From: an uncultured delta proteobacterium
GTDB taxonomy: Bacteria > Myxococcota > Kuafuiibacteriia > Kuafuiibacteriales > Kuafuiibacteriaceae
Length of the DNA stretch: 64,000 nucleotides
NCBI GenBank assembly: GCA_963803435.1
Contig: CAWDML010000001.1
Coordinates: forward strand, 128,001 to 192,000
Direction: 5' to 3'
In this document: piece by piece, positions 29,692 to 39,288 of the stretch
Position numbering within the stretch: position 1 is the stretch's first letter
Layout of the letters: the number at the start of each line of letters is the position of its first letter
Notes under the pieces: generated by a model
Told to the model about the DNA's origin: nothing
The model's database searches: none
What the model saw: the letters and a program-made list of their open reading frames with translations, nothing else
Program-made: the position numbers and the translations under genes

Positions 29692-30186
29692 TCACTCCTT
29701 CTTTCGCCGGGGCCAGAGCGCCCACGCGAAGACGGGCAGAAAGTAGAACAGCTCGGTCGCCGCCACCACCATCCCGCGGCGGGACAGGTAGCCGAGGCCG
29801 ATCGGCGCCACCGGGATGGGGCGCCACGGGGCGAAGAAGCGCGCGTTCGAGAACGGCCAGGCCAGCGCGACGCCCATCCCACCGTCGGTGAAGGCGTCGA
29901 GGATCCCGTGCGAACCGATCGCGAGCGCACCGAGGAGGAACATGCGAGCGAAGTGCCGGCGATCGGTCGCGGCGAGCGCAAGCGCTGCCGCCAGCGCGAC
30001 GGTGACGGCGTGGCTGGCCCCCCGATGCCCGAATGGGTCCCCATAGGGGATGCCGAACGCGAAGCCGACGACGTCGGCGTCGGGCGCCATCGCCAGCGCG
30101 GACCACATGACGCTCCGGCGGAGGCTCCGGTGGGGGTCGTAGCGCGCAGCCACGAGACCCACCGCGACGTGTCCCAGGCTCGCCAC
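29692..30186 (-). CDS. Membrane-bound metal-dependent hydrolase (YdjM-like)
   Basis: SLGH, PDAD, HRGASH, SHGILD. Confidence 0.85.
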   Translation of the reverse strand: MASLGHVAVGLVAARYDPHRSLRRSVMWSALAMAPDADVVGFAFGIPYGDPFGHRGASHAVTVALAAALALAATDRRHFARMFLLGALAIGSHGILDAFTDGGMGVALAWPFSNARFFAPWRPIPVAPIGLGYLSRRGMVVAATELFYFLPVFAWALWPRRKKE

Positions 30187-30288
30187 GCGCCGAGTATCCC
30201 ACCCGCCGTCGAGCCCGTCACGGCCACGGTGGTGGGGGCGGGGTCTACCTCGAAGCGGGGCGGACCTCGGCGCTACGATAGATTCCGC

Positions 30289-30864
30289 ATGCAGATCTTC
30301 CCACCCGCCGCTGGATCCGCCCTCATCGCCCTCCTCCTGGCGCTCGGCGGCCCGGCCTGGGCGTCGCCGCAGAAGCCGAAGGATCAGAAGCCGGAGCCGC
30401 CGAAGGGGTTCGTCGAGATGTTCGTCGCGGGCGTGCTCACGACCGAGGCCGGCCCCGCCGTGATCCTGCGGGACAAGGAGGAGACCCGGCTGCTCCCCAT
30501 CTTCGTGGGCTTCGCCGAGGCCGACGCGATCCAGCGCCGCCTCGAGCGACGCCACTTCGCGCGTCCGCTCACGCACGATCTCCTGGAGAAGATCATGCAG
30601 GATCTGGGCGGCACGCTGGTGAAGATCCAGGTCGAGGATCTCAAGGCCGACACCTACGTCGGCACGATGTTCGTGAAGAAAGGGGATGAGATTCGCCGCT
30701 TCGACGCGCGCCCCTCGGACATGATCGCGCTGGCGCTGGGCAACCGCGCGCCCATCTACGTCTCGGTCACCGTGCTCGACACCGCCAGCGATCTCAGCCT
30801 CGAGCCCGACGAGGAGAAGCCGAACCGCTACGATCATCCGCCCGACGGGATCAAGACGCTCTAG
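30289..30864 (+). CDS. Bifunctional nuclease family protein (DUF151) with an N-terminal signal-like sequence
   Basis: LPIFVG..EA, RPLTHDL, DARPSD.IALAL. Confidence 0.85.
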   Translation: MQIFPPAAGSALIALLLALGGPAWASPQKPKDQKPEPPKGFVEMFVAGVLTTEAGPAVILRDKEETRLLPIFVGFAEADAIQRRLERRHFARPLTHDLLEKIMQDLGGTLVKIQVEDLKADTYVGTMFVKKGDEIRRFDARPSDMIALALGNRAPIYVSVTVLDTASDLSLEPDEEKPNRYDHPPDGIKTL

Positions 30865-30934
30865 GAGCGTGTAGCGCGTAGCGCTACCGCGAGCCCGGTC
30901 CGGGTCCCGGTCCCGGTCCCGGTCCCGATGGCGA

Positions 30935-31293
30935 TCATGCAGCCCGGCGTGCGTTCATCGACTTGATGAGGCGCGTGAGCATCTCGACAACGCGCTTGAG
31001 CTTGGCTCTGGCGGCTTGGACCTTCTGCTCGTTGGCGAGTCGGCGCCTCAAGCAGGTGTGGAGTGAGGCGGCGCTTTCGGTGCCAGAGCGAAGTGCCATC
31101 CGGTAGAAGCGAGCGGATTGAACTCTCCGGCGCCCTCGGCGGTGTTGTTCACGATGGAATCGGATGCCCGCCGAAGCTGATCGCGGACGTGAGCGTGACC
31201 GGGTTGCAGTTCTTGTGCGATCTCTTCAGCGATGTCGGCATACTCGACGGCGAGCTGGTAGACCTCGAGCTTCTCGTGATCGAAAGTGACCAT
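30935..31293 (-). pseudogene. Four-helix-bundle protein (23S IVP/Avd-like), frameshifted near 31115
   Basis: FDHEKLEVYQ...DQLRRASDSIVNNTAEGAGEF, then in another frame ARFYRMALRSGTESAA...VEMLTRLIKS; about 3 residues appear missing at the junction. Confidence 0.8.
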
Positions 31294-31412
31294 GCAAGCT
31301 AGCTTGCGGTAGCTCGTCCACCTTGACCAGCAGAAGTTCTTGGAGGTCGTTTCGTCTGGAATCGATCGTTGGGCGGATCGACTTCGACGCCTGGACTTGA
31401 TCCCATGGTTTC

Positions 31413-32161
31413 GTGGCGAAGCAATACCGTTCTTGGACTCCGAGACAATCGTTCTTGCTCCCGCCGTCCCCTCTCGAGTGGCTCCCAGAAAATCATCTCG
31501 CGTACTTCGTCTTGGACGTCGTCGATGAGGTAGAGCTGAGCGCGATCGAGATCTCGATCCAGTCCAAGGACCCGCGAGGCGAGCGACCGTACTCGCCTCG
31601 AATGATGATCGCGCTGCTTCTGTACGCCTACTGCACCGGCATCTATTCGTCGCGGAGGATCGCGCGGGCGACCTACGAAGACATTCCATTCCGGGTGCTG
31701 GCGGGAGAAAGTCATCCCCACTTCACGACGATCAACGAGTTTCGGCTCGTCCACCTGGAGGCACTGAAAGCGCTCTTCCTCGAAGTCCTGAACTTTGCCA
31801 GAAAGCAGGTTTGGTGCGGCTCGGACACGTCGCACTCGATGGCTCGAAGGTGCAGGCGAACGCGAGCAAGCACAAGGCGATGACCTACGAGCGGATGGCC
31901 GAGGAGGAGAAGCGGCTGTCTCTCGAGATCGAAGAACTGCTGGAGCGAGCGGGCACGATCGACCAAGAGGAAGACGAGCGGTTCGCCCGCAGGAAGAGTA
32001 TCGTCGAACCGGCGCTCGGACAGATCAAAGGGGCACGAGGATTCCGCCGGTTCTCGCTACGCTCCTTCTTCAAGGTACGAGCCGAGTGGACGCTCGTCTG
32101 CCTCACCCACAACCTGCTCAAGCTCTACCGATCGAAGCTCGCGACCGTCGCGAGCGTCTGA
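31413..32161 (+). pseudogene. IS1182-family transposase remnant (frameshift near 31792, large internal deletion near 31985)
   Basis: LLPPS..EWLPENHLAYF, LLLYAYCTGIYSSRRI, ALDGSKVQANASKHKAM joined directly to RRKSIVEPALGQIK..RGFRRF..HNLLKL. Confidence 0.88.
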
Positions 32162-32237
32162 CTCAAGGCAGCCATCTTCAGATCGGGACCCGGAACGGGA
32201 CCGGGACCCGGACCGGGGTCGCGTGAGCGCTTACGCG

Positions 32238-32690
32238 CTACACGCTCCTAGGCGAGTGGAGCTCGGTGAGCTCGTCCTTCAACAGCCCGTAGAACGCGGC
32301 CGGATCCGAGGAGCCCGCCCCGCCGAAGCCCTCGCCTCCGCCCGCTCTCTCGAACAGCCAGCCGAGGTGATGGTCGCAGGCCGCGCAGTAGGCCACGCGC
32401 CAGGTGTAGCCCTCGAACCAGGTGAAGTCGTCGGTGGGGAGCCCAGCGGGGCGCACCGCGCGGGCGTCGCGGAAGGTGTAGATGACCTTCATGTGGCCGT
32501 GGGGGTTCGGGAACACTTGCGTGAAGCTGGCGGCGCGCATCGCGAACAGCTGGCGGTGCGTGGCGACCGCGGTCTCGCAGCGCCGGCACACGAAGATCCG
32601 CTCCTCGTCCGCCTCCCGCTCGACGTCCTCGACCGGATCGGGTGAGGCGACCTCCGTCCGGGAGGCCTCATCCTGGAGGGCCTGGAACAT
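32238..32690 (-). CDS. Cereblon-like CULT-domain protein
   Basis: CRRC and CAAC Zn pairs, FPNPHG, FTWFEGYTW, HLGWLF aromatic cage, FYGL. Confidence 0.85.
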   Translation of the reverse strand: MFQALQDEASRTEVASPDPVEDVEREADEERIFVCRRCETAVATHRQLFAMRAASFTQVFPNPHGHMKVIYTFRDARAVRPAGLPTDDFTWFEGYTWRVAYCAACDHHLGWLFERAGGGEGFGGAGSSDPAAFYGLLKDELTELHSPRSV

Positions 32691-32729
32691 CGGTTGAATC
32701 CTCGCACACAATGCTGCTAATCGGCGATC

Positions 32730-34023
32730 GTGGCAGGCCGCTACTACGTGGCGACGTTCGGCTGTCGCGTGAATCAGGTCGACTCGGCCGGCGTCGTCGG
32801 CGAGCTCGCGAAGAGCGACCTGGTCCGCACGCGGGATCAGAGCGAGGCCGATCTGATCGTGCTCAACACCTGCACGGTCACGCATCGCTCCGACACCGAC
32901 GTCCGCAAGGCGGTCAGCCGCATCCGCCGAGAGAACCCGAACGCGCGCGTCATCGTCACCGGCTGTTTCGCGCAGCGCGATCCGGACGCCGTCGCTGCGC
33001 TCGAAGGCGTCGACGCGGTGGTGGGCAATGCGCACAAGAGCCGCCTCCCGATCCTGGCCGAGGCGATCTTCGAGCAACGTCCGGTCCAACCGATCGTGCT
33101 CCACACCTCGATGGAGGGCGTGCTCCCCGAGGACCTCCCGCCCGTCGAGCCCCACGCGACCGTCGTCGATCGCACGCGCCCGTTCATCAAGATCCAGGAC
33201 GGCTGCGACGCCGCCTGCACCTACTGCATCATCCCGTCCGTCCGCGGCGCCGCTCGCAGCGCCCGCGCCGACGACGTCGTCCGCACCGTGCGCGAGCTCG
33301 TGGCCGAGGGCTGGTTCGAGGTGGTCCTCACCGGCGTCCACCTCGGCACGTACGCGTCGAGCGAGGGGTTGGGGCTGGCCGACCTGGTCCGCCGCGTCCT
33401 CGCCGTCGAAGGCCTCGGCCGCCTGCGAATGAGCTGCATCGAGCCGATGGCGTTTCCGATTCGAGCTCGCCGACATCGCCCAGGCCGACCGCCGGCTGGC
33501 GCCCCACTTCCACCTGCCGCTGCAGTCCGGCTCCGATCGGATCCTCAAGCGCATGGTTCGGCCCTACCGCGCCCGTGAGTACCGCGCGCAGCTCGACGCG
33601 ATCCGCGCCCGCGTCTCCGACGCCTGCCTCGGCACCGACGTGATCGTCGGCTTCCCGGGCGAGACCGACGACGACTTCCGGGAGACGCTCGACTTCATCG
33701 CCGGCGCCGGCATCGACTACGTTCACGTGTTCAGCTACTCCGATCGGGAGGGCACCGCCTCGACGCGGCTCGGCGGCAAGGTCGATCCGCGCGTCATCAA
33801 GGAGCGGAGCACGGCTCTCCATGCGCTCGCCGAGCGGCTCTGGCACCGCCACCTCGATCGCCAGCTCGATCGCGTGCTCCCCGCGCTCATGCTGGACGGC
33901 GAGCTGGCGTTGACCGAGAACTACTGTCAGGTCCGCGTCGCCGAGGGCGGCGCGCCCAACCACCCGTGCCGGATCCACATCACGGCTCGGGAGGATCATC
34001 AGCTCACGGGTCAGCTGGCGTGA
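32730..34023 (+). CDS. mtaB: tRNA t6A37 methylthiotransferase (MtaB-like); +1 frameshift at 33460-33461
   Basis: FGCRVNQ, NTCTVT, IQDGCDAACTYCII radical-SAM motif; after the shift HFHLPLQSG, DVIVGFPGET. Confidence 0.85.
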
Positions 34024-35579
34024 CCTCGGTCTCGGCGGTCGAAGCCCTGGTCGCGCTCATGGTGGCGGCCACCGCGGTCGGCCTGACCGCGCAGCGGCTC
34101 AACATCCCCTACACCGTCGCGCTGTTGCTGGTCGGGATCGGCCTGGGCGCGCTGGGCTGGATCCCGGCGCTGCACCTCACCCAGGGCCTCCTGATGACGA
34201 TCTTCCTCCCGGCGCTCCTCTTCGAGGCGGCGATCCACGTCTCGGGACGGGAGCTGCGCCGCCTGGCGCCTTCGCTGCTCACGCTCGCGATCCCGGGCGT
34301 ACTGCTGGCGGCGTTCGCGACCGCGCTGGTGCTCAAGGCCGAGCTGGTCGCCTTCGAGCTCGAGACCTCGATCCCATTCCTCGAGCTCCTCCTCTTCGGC
34401 ACCATCATCGCCGCCACCGACCCGATCTCGGTGGTGGCCCTGTTCAAGCAGCTCGGCGTGGAGAAGCGGCTCGCCGTGCTGGTCGAGGGCGAGAGCCTGC
34501 TCAACGACGGCACGGCCATCGTCCTGTTCGGGATCGTGCTCGAGCACGTCCGCGGCAGCGAGAGCAGCATGGCGGGCGCGCTGATACAGTTCATCCTGGT
34601 GGCCGGCGGAGGCGTGCTGATCGGCGCCGCCATCGGTCTCCTCTCCAGCTGGATCACCAGCCTGATCGACGATCCGCTCTTCGAGATCGCGCTGACCAGC
34701 GTCACCGCCTACGGCGCGTTTCTGGTGGCGGAGCACGTTCACGTCAGCGGCGTGCTCGCGGTCGTCATCGCCGGCCTCCTGGTCGGCAACATCGGCAAGA
34801 AGCGGGGGATGAGCCCGCAGAGCCGCATGGCGGTCCTCGGGTTCTGGGCCTACGCGGCATTCTTCATCAACAGCATCCTGTTCCTCCTGCTGGGCCTCGA
34901 GGTCCACCCCGAGCTGATCTTCCGCAACGCTGGAGTGGTGCTGCTCGCCTTCCTCGCGGTCCTGGCCGCCCGCGCTACCAGCGTGTTCGGGTCGCTGCCG
35001 CTGCTCCGGCGGATCGGACAGCCGATCGATCGAAAGAAGGCGACGGTCCTGTGGTGGGGCGGCCTGCGGGGCGGCCTCTCGATGGTGCTGGTGCTCTCGC
35101 TCCCTGCGGACGTCCAATCCCGCGACGCGCTGATCGCGATGACGTTCGGCGTGGTCCTGCTCTCGGTGGTGCTCCAGGGGACGACCATGAACCTCCTGCT
35201 CAAGCGGCTCGAGCTCGTGGCCCTGAAGAGCGACGCGATGCGCTTCCTCTCCCGGAGCCTGGCCCGCCTGCGGGCCATCGACGCGCAGGAGACCGCGATC
35301 CGCCAGATCGTCCAGGAGGGCGCGCGCGCGGTCCCGGGCCTGCGTGAGATCTCGAAGGAGCTCCAGCAGGATCGCGAGGAGATCGTCGGTTCGCTGGCCG
35401 CCCGCAGCGAGGACGAGGCGTTCGTGCAGGCCGCCAGCCACCGCGCCTCGACGCTCCGCGAGCACCTGCGCGAGATCGCGCGCGACGCCTACCGGCAGGC
35501 GCAAGACGACAATCTGATCGATGGAGAGGATGCGGCCGATCTGATGAGGTCAGTCGAGGACGAGGACGGCGAGGACTGA
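34020..35579 (+). CDS. CPA1 Na+/H+ antiporter
   Basis: FLPALLFEAA, ATDPISV, EGESLLNDG, GGLRG. Confidence 0.92.
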   Translation: MTSVSAVEALVALMVAATAVGLTAQRLNIPYTVALLLVGIGLGALGWIPALHLTQGLLMTIFLPALLFEAAIHVSGRELRRLAPSLLTLAIPGVLLAAFATALVLKAELVAFELETSIPFLELLLFGTIIAATDPISVVALFKQLGVEKRLAVLVEGESLLNDGTAIVLFGIVLEHVRGSESSMAGALIQFILVAGGGVLIGAAIGLLSSWITSLIDDPLFEIALTSVTAYGAFLVAEHVHVSGVLAVVIAGLLVGNIGKKRGMSPQSRMAVLGFWAYAAFFINSILFLLLGLEVHPELIFRNAGVVLLAFLAVLAARATSVFGSLPLLRRIGQPIDRKKATVLWWGGLRGGLSMVLVLSLPADVQSRDALIAMTFGVVLLSVVLQGTTMNLLLKRLELVALKSDAMRFLSRSLARLRAIDAQETAIRQIVQEGARAVPGLREISKELQQDREEIVGSLAARSEDEAFVQAASHRASTLREHLREIARDAYRQAQDDNLIDGEDAADLMRSVEDEDGED

Positions 35580-35581
35580 GC

Positions 35582-37117
35582 TCACTGAACGGTGCCGGTC
35601 GCCCAGAGCGCCGTACCGCCCGCCGTGTAGATCACCACGTTGCCGTCGTCCTGAACGCCGAGGAACGCGCCCGGGTGCCCGAAGGTGTGGCTCGACCACA
35701 GCGGCTGGCCGCCGGGGGCGTACAGCACGAGATTGCCGTCGTCCTGCATGATGAGGCTCTCGGTGGTGCGGCCGTTCGTGCGGGTCGACCACAGCGGGCG
35801 GCCGCCGGGCGCGTAGAGCACCACGTTGCCGTCGCCCTGATGAACGAACAGGAAGCGGCCGTCGCACGAGCCGACGCCCTGATCGTGACCGAGGAAGGTC
35901 GTGCCGGGGGCGATGCCGCAGCCGGGGTTGGCCGGGGGCGGCGGAGGCGGAGGAGGAGGAGGAGGAGGAGGAGGATCGGCGCGCACGGTGTTGGTCGCCC
36001 ACAGCGGATGACCGCCGGGCGCGTAGATCACGAGGTTACCGTCATCCTGCATCGCCAAGTACGCGCCCGGGTGACGGTTCGTCCCGCTCGCCCACAGCGG
36101 ATGTCCGCCCGGTGCGTAGAGGACCAGGTTGCCGTCGCCCTGCATCGCGAACGTCGCGGTCGCCAGGCCGTCGGTCCCGGTGGCCCAGAGTGCATCGCCG
36201 GCGGGCGCGTCGTAGACCACCGCGTTGCCATCGCCCTGATGCACCAGCACGAAGCGACCGCTGCAGGAGGTGAGGGTCTGGCCGGGCGCGAGCGCCTGGT
36301 CCCATCCGAGGATGCCGCATCCGGTGGGTGCGGGCGGCGGCGGCGGCGGCGGGCCCGCCTGCGCGAGGGCGCGCAGCGCGTTGAGATCGCCGTTGAAGAC
36401 GTCGAGATCGACGTTGCCACCGATGCCGTCGACGCGCCCTGAGCTGGTGTACTGCCACATCGTGAACTGACCCCAGCTGTCCGGTACCAGCGGGCAGCCC
36501 GAGACGTACGCGGCCATCACCAGCGGATAGCTCTCGAAGCCCGCCGGATCGCCGGTCTGATCCCGCCAGAAGTAGTAGCCGGTGTAGATCATCGGGCGCC
36601 GTCCGGTACGCGCTTCGACCTGGTTGAGGAAGCGCCGGGTCGCGTCGGCCACCTGGTAGGGCGGCAGACCGTTGGCGTCCTCGAGGTCGAGCATCGGCGG
36701 CAGGTCGCCCGGCCCGAGCATCCCCATCACGTCCGCGAAGTGGTTGGCCTGCGCGATTGGATCCGCAGAGGGATGGAAGTAGTGGTAGGCGCCACGCAGG
36801 ATCCCGGTGCCCGCGAGGGCCGCCCAGTTCTGCCCGAAGGTGCCGTCGACGTAGCCCGTGCCTTCGGTCGCCTTGATGATCGCGAAGGACTTACCGGCGC
36901 CGGCGACGCGGCCCCAGTCGATGTTGCCCTGGTAATGGCTGACGTCGACGCCCTGAAGCGTAGGACCCGTGGCGCAGGCGCGCACCTCGTCCTGGCTCAC
37001 CGCGATGTCCTGCGCCTGATCCTCGCGGACCGGTCCCGGTCCGCACGCCTGGATCGTCCAGAGCAGCGCGACCAACGCTCCCCTTCGTCTTCTTGGTGTG
37101 TTGGTGCTGGCCCACAT
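35582..37117 (-). CDS. Lipoprotein: GH25 lysozyme plus two bulb-type lectin domains
   Basis: GVDVSHYQG, IKATEG, GAYHYF, LDLE, WQYTSSG, VDLDVF; poly-Pro linkers; QxDGNxVxY repeats. Confidence 0.9.
   Translation of the reverse strand: MWASTNTPRRRRGALVALLWTIQACGPGPVREDQAQDIAVSQDEVRACATGPTLQGVDVSHYQGNIDWGRVAGAGKSFAIIKATEGTGYVDGTFGQNWAALAGTGILRGAYHYFHPSADPIAQANHFADVMGMLGPGDLPPMLDLEDANGLPPYQVADATRRFLNQVEARTGRRPMIYTGYYFWRDQTGDPAGFESYPLVMAAYVSGCPLVPDSWGQFTMWQYTSSGRVDGIGGNVDLDVFNGDLNALRALAQAGPPPPPPPAPTGCGILGWDQALAPGQTLTSCSGRFVLVHQGDGNAVVYDAPAGDALWATGTDGLATATFAMQGDGNLVLYAPGGHPLWASGTNRHPGAYLAMQDDGNLVIYAPGGHPLWATNTVRADPPPPPPPPPPPPPPANPGCGIAPGTTFLGHDQGVGSCDGRFLFVHQGDGNVVLYAPGGRPLWSTRTNGRTTESLIMQDDGNLVLYAPGGQPLWSSHTFGHPGAFLGVQDDGNVVIYTAGGTALWATGTVQ
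35949..35975. repeat. (GGA)9 microsatellite encoding a poly-proline linker
   Basis: Nine perfect GGA units (CCT Pro codons on the minus strand). Confidence 0.85.
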
Positions 37118-37274
37118 CGCTGGCGAGAGTGCCGGCCGCCCGCGGGGAGCTCACTCGGCCAAATGACCGTGAATCCGTGGTTTATGTCGACGGAGCGTTC
37201 ACAGCGCCGGTTGACCGTTGACCCAGATCCGGACCCGCGGCAGCCTGAGGCCTCAGCCGTACCAACTGACTGGT

Positions 37275-37940
37275 ATGCACAGGAGCGCGATGCAGAGGGG
37301 TTGGGGTCTCATGGTGATCGTCGGCGTGGGCGCCGGCCTGGCTCCGCGCACCACCTCGGCCAAGCCGAGCGATCCGCCGCCCACCGACGAGGCCCAGCAA
37401 GCCCTCGACAAAGGCATCGCTCAGCTGAAGCGGGGCGATCCGGACTCGGCGATCCAGAGCCTCGAGCACGCGATCGAGCTCCGCGAGACGCTGCCCGCGC
37501 TCTACCACCTGGGCCTCGCCTACCACCGCGCCCATCGCAAGAAGGACGCGCTCGCGACCCTCGAGCGCTTCGTCGCCGGCTCGATCGCGGCGCACCAGAC
37601 CGCACACGTCGAGGAGGCCGAGAAGCTGGCGCAGGTGCTGCGGAGCACCACGGCCCGCGTGTCGCTCCGCGTCTCCGGCGGCGCCGAGAAGATCTTCCTC
37701 GACGGCAAGCCCATCGGTCACCGCGACGGTCACTACGGGATCGTGCTCGATCCCGGCGAGCACGATCTGGAAGCGTGGGGCCCCGACGTCGATCCTGGAC
37801 GCGTGCACCTCCGCCTCCAGCCCGGCGCGCGGATCGACGTGAAGCTCGACCTCACGAAGAATGTCCCGCCGCCCCCGAAGCCGATCCCCGCGCCGCCTCC
37901 GGCCCCGATCATCGTCGCCGGCACGTCGCAGCCTGCGTAG
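37275..37940 (+). CDS. Exported TPR + PEGA-like protein
   Basis: TPR ALYHLGLAYHRA; IFLDGKPIG...LDPGEH; start uncertain. Confidence 0.65.
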   Translation: MHRSAMQRGWGLMVIVGVGAGLAPRTTSAKPSDPPPTDEAQQALDKGIAQLKRGDPDSAIQSLEHAIELRETLPALYHLGLAYHRAHRKKDALATLERFVAGSIAAHQTAHVEEAEKLAQVLRSTTARVSLRVSGGAEKIFLDGKPIGHRDGHYGIVLDPGEHDLEAWGPDVDPGRVHLRLQPGARIDVKLDLTKNVPPPPKPIPAPPPAPIIVAGTSQPA

Positions 37941-37955
37941 CCGCAGCGCGGATCC

Positions 37956-38666
37956 TCACGACCAGATGAGGGCGAGATCCGAGAGCCGCTCCCCGCGCAC
38001 GCGGGCGATCACGGCAGCCGCCAGCCCTCCGTCCCCCGAGGAGAGCACGCTCGCAACGTGATCACCGGCGACCAGCGTCTCCTCCGGGTGGAGGCCAAGC
38101 CGGCGGCCGTCGCGGGGGAGACCGGGGAGCAGGTCGTCGCGGATCTGTCCCGCCAGATCCTCGATGAGCGCGCGCGCCGTGTCTCGAGGGATGGCCGGTG
38201 AGAGCGCGCGGCCGAACGCCAGCGAAGCGCCGAGGCCGAGCCGACGCGTCATGCGCCCGCCGTGGCGGAGGAGCGCGCCCACGCCGCCGAGGGCGTGCGA
38301 CAGGTAGAAGCGCACCGAGACCTTCGTCTCCCAGAAGGCGCGGAGCGACGCGATGCGGTCGCCCTGGACCCGGTACTCCAGGATGGCCGGAACGCGCAGG
38401 GGCTCGGTCGAGACCGAGGTGGTCACGGAGATGATCACGTGCCGCACGACCAGGTCGCTCTGGACGAAGTCGCGGCGGGGGAGGAACTCGATCTGGTGGG
38501 GCGTGATGAAGACGTCCCAGAAGCGGGAGAGGCGCTCGCGCCCGTAGACGGCCGCGCCCACGGGGTCCTGGACGGTGGCGTCGTCCGTGAACAGCGCCAG
38601 CCACGCCTCCTTGTCGTGCCGGGCCACCGCCTCGGGCGACCGCTTCACCACCACCAGCGGGTCCAC
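37956..38666 (-). CDS. SnoaL/NTF2-fold (ketosteroid isomerase-like) protein
   Basis: HDKEAWLALFTDDATVQDPVG...IASLRAFWE. Confidence 0.8.
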   Translation of the reverse strand: MDPLVVVKRSPEAVARHDKEAWLALFTDDATVQDPVGAAVYGRERLSRFWDVFITPHQIEFLPRRDFVQSDLVVRHVIISVTTSVSTEPLRVPAILEYRVQGDRIASLRAFWETKVSVRFYLSHALGGVGALLRHGGRMTRRLGLGASLAFGRALSPAIPRDTARALIEDLAGQIRDDLLPGLPRDGRRLGLHPEETLVAGDHVASVLSSGDGGLAAAVIARVRGERLSDLALIWS

Positions 38667-38730
38667 GACCCGGCGGTCCTAGCACGACGAGGTTGCGACA
38701 TTCCATCTCGAACGGTACGCAGTCGCCGCG

Positions 38731-39288
38731 ATGGGATTCCTCTTCGATCCAAACGTGCTCCACCAGGTCGCCCGCGGCGCCCTCGGCCGCCCGATGAACG
38801 AGATGGTGAAGAAGATCGCCGGCGAGCTCGCCGAGCGCTATCCGGGGCACATCAACCCGGAGCCGCCCTGGGTGTTCAACAACGCCGGCGGCGCGATGGG
38901 CGCGTTCGCGCTCCTCCACGCGTCCATCCGCGAGTACATCATCATCTTCGGCACACCGATCGGCACCGAGGGCCACTCGGGCCGTCACACCGCCGAGGAC
39001 TACTTCATCATCCTCGAGGGTGAGCAGTGGGCCTTCCAGCAGGGGGCGTTCGAGCGCGAGGTGTATCGCCCCGGTGACATGCACGTTCTCCCGCGCGGCG
39101 AGGCCAAGGCCTATCGGATCCCGGAGAGCGGCTGGGCGCTCGAGTACGCGCGCGGCTTCATCCCCGGCATGCTCCCGTTCGGGCTGGCCGACACGCTCTT
39201 CAGCACGCTCGATCTCCCCACCTTGGGGCGCACGCTCGACATCTACGCCCGCGCAGTCACGCGCGAGCTGGTGCGCGGCAAGATCTGA
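38731..39288 (+). CDS. ERG2/sigma-1 receptor family sterol C8 isomerase-like protein
   Basis: WVFNNAGGAMG, LHASIREYIIIFGTPIGTEGHSGRH, WALEYARGFIPGMLPFG. Confidence 0.9.
   Translation: MGFLFDPNVLHQVARGALGRPMNEMVKKIAGELAERYPGHINPEPPWVFNNAGGAMGAFALLHASIREYIIIFGTPIGTEGHSGRHTAEDYFIILEGEQWAFQQGAFEREVYRPGDMHVLPRGEAKAYRIPESGWALEYARGFIPGMLPFGLADTLFSTLDLPTLGRTLDIYARAVTRELVRGKI

Larger units (their letters stand above)
30865..32247. mobile_element. IS1182-derived element with about 65-bp imperfect terminal inverted repeats, flanked by CTAG
   Basis: Left 30865-30929 (GAGCGTGTAGCGCGTA...(GGTCCC)n GAT) matches the reverse complement of 32182-32247; CTAG at 30861-30864 and 32248-32251; interior is more AT-rich than the flanks. 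Confidence 0.8.

Noticed and set aside
30895-30929. (GGTCCC)n as a CRISPR array
   Set aside because: Hexamer tandem without spacers, part of the terminal inverted repeat; no cas genes
30935-32161. Diversity-generating retroelement suggested by the Avd-like gene
   Set aside because: No reverse transcriptase and no template/variable repeat pair seen
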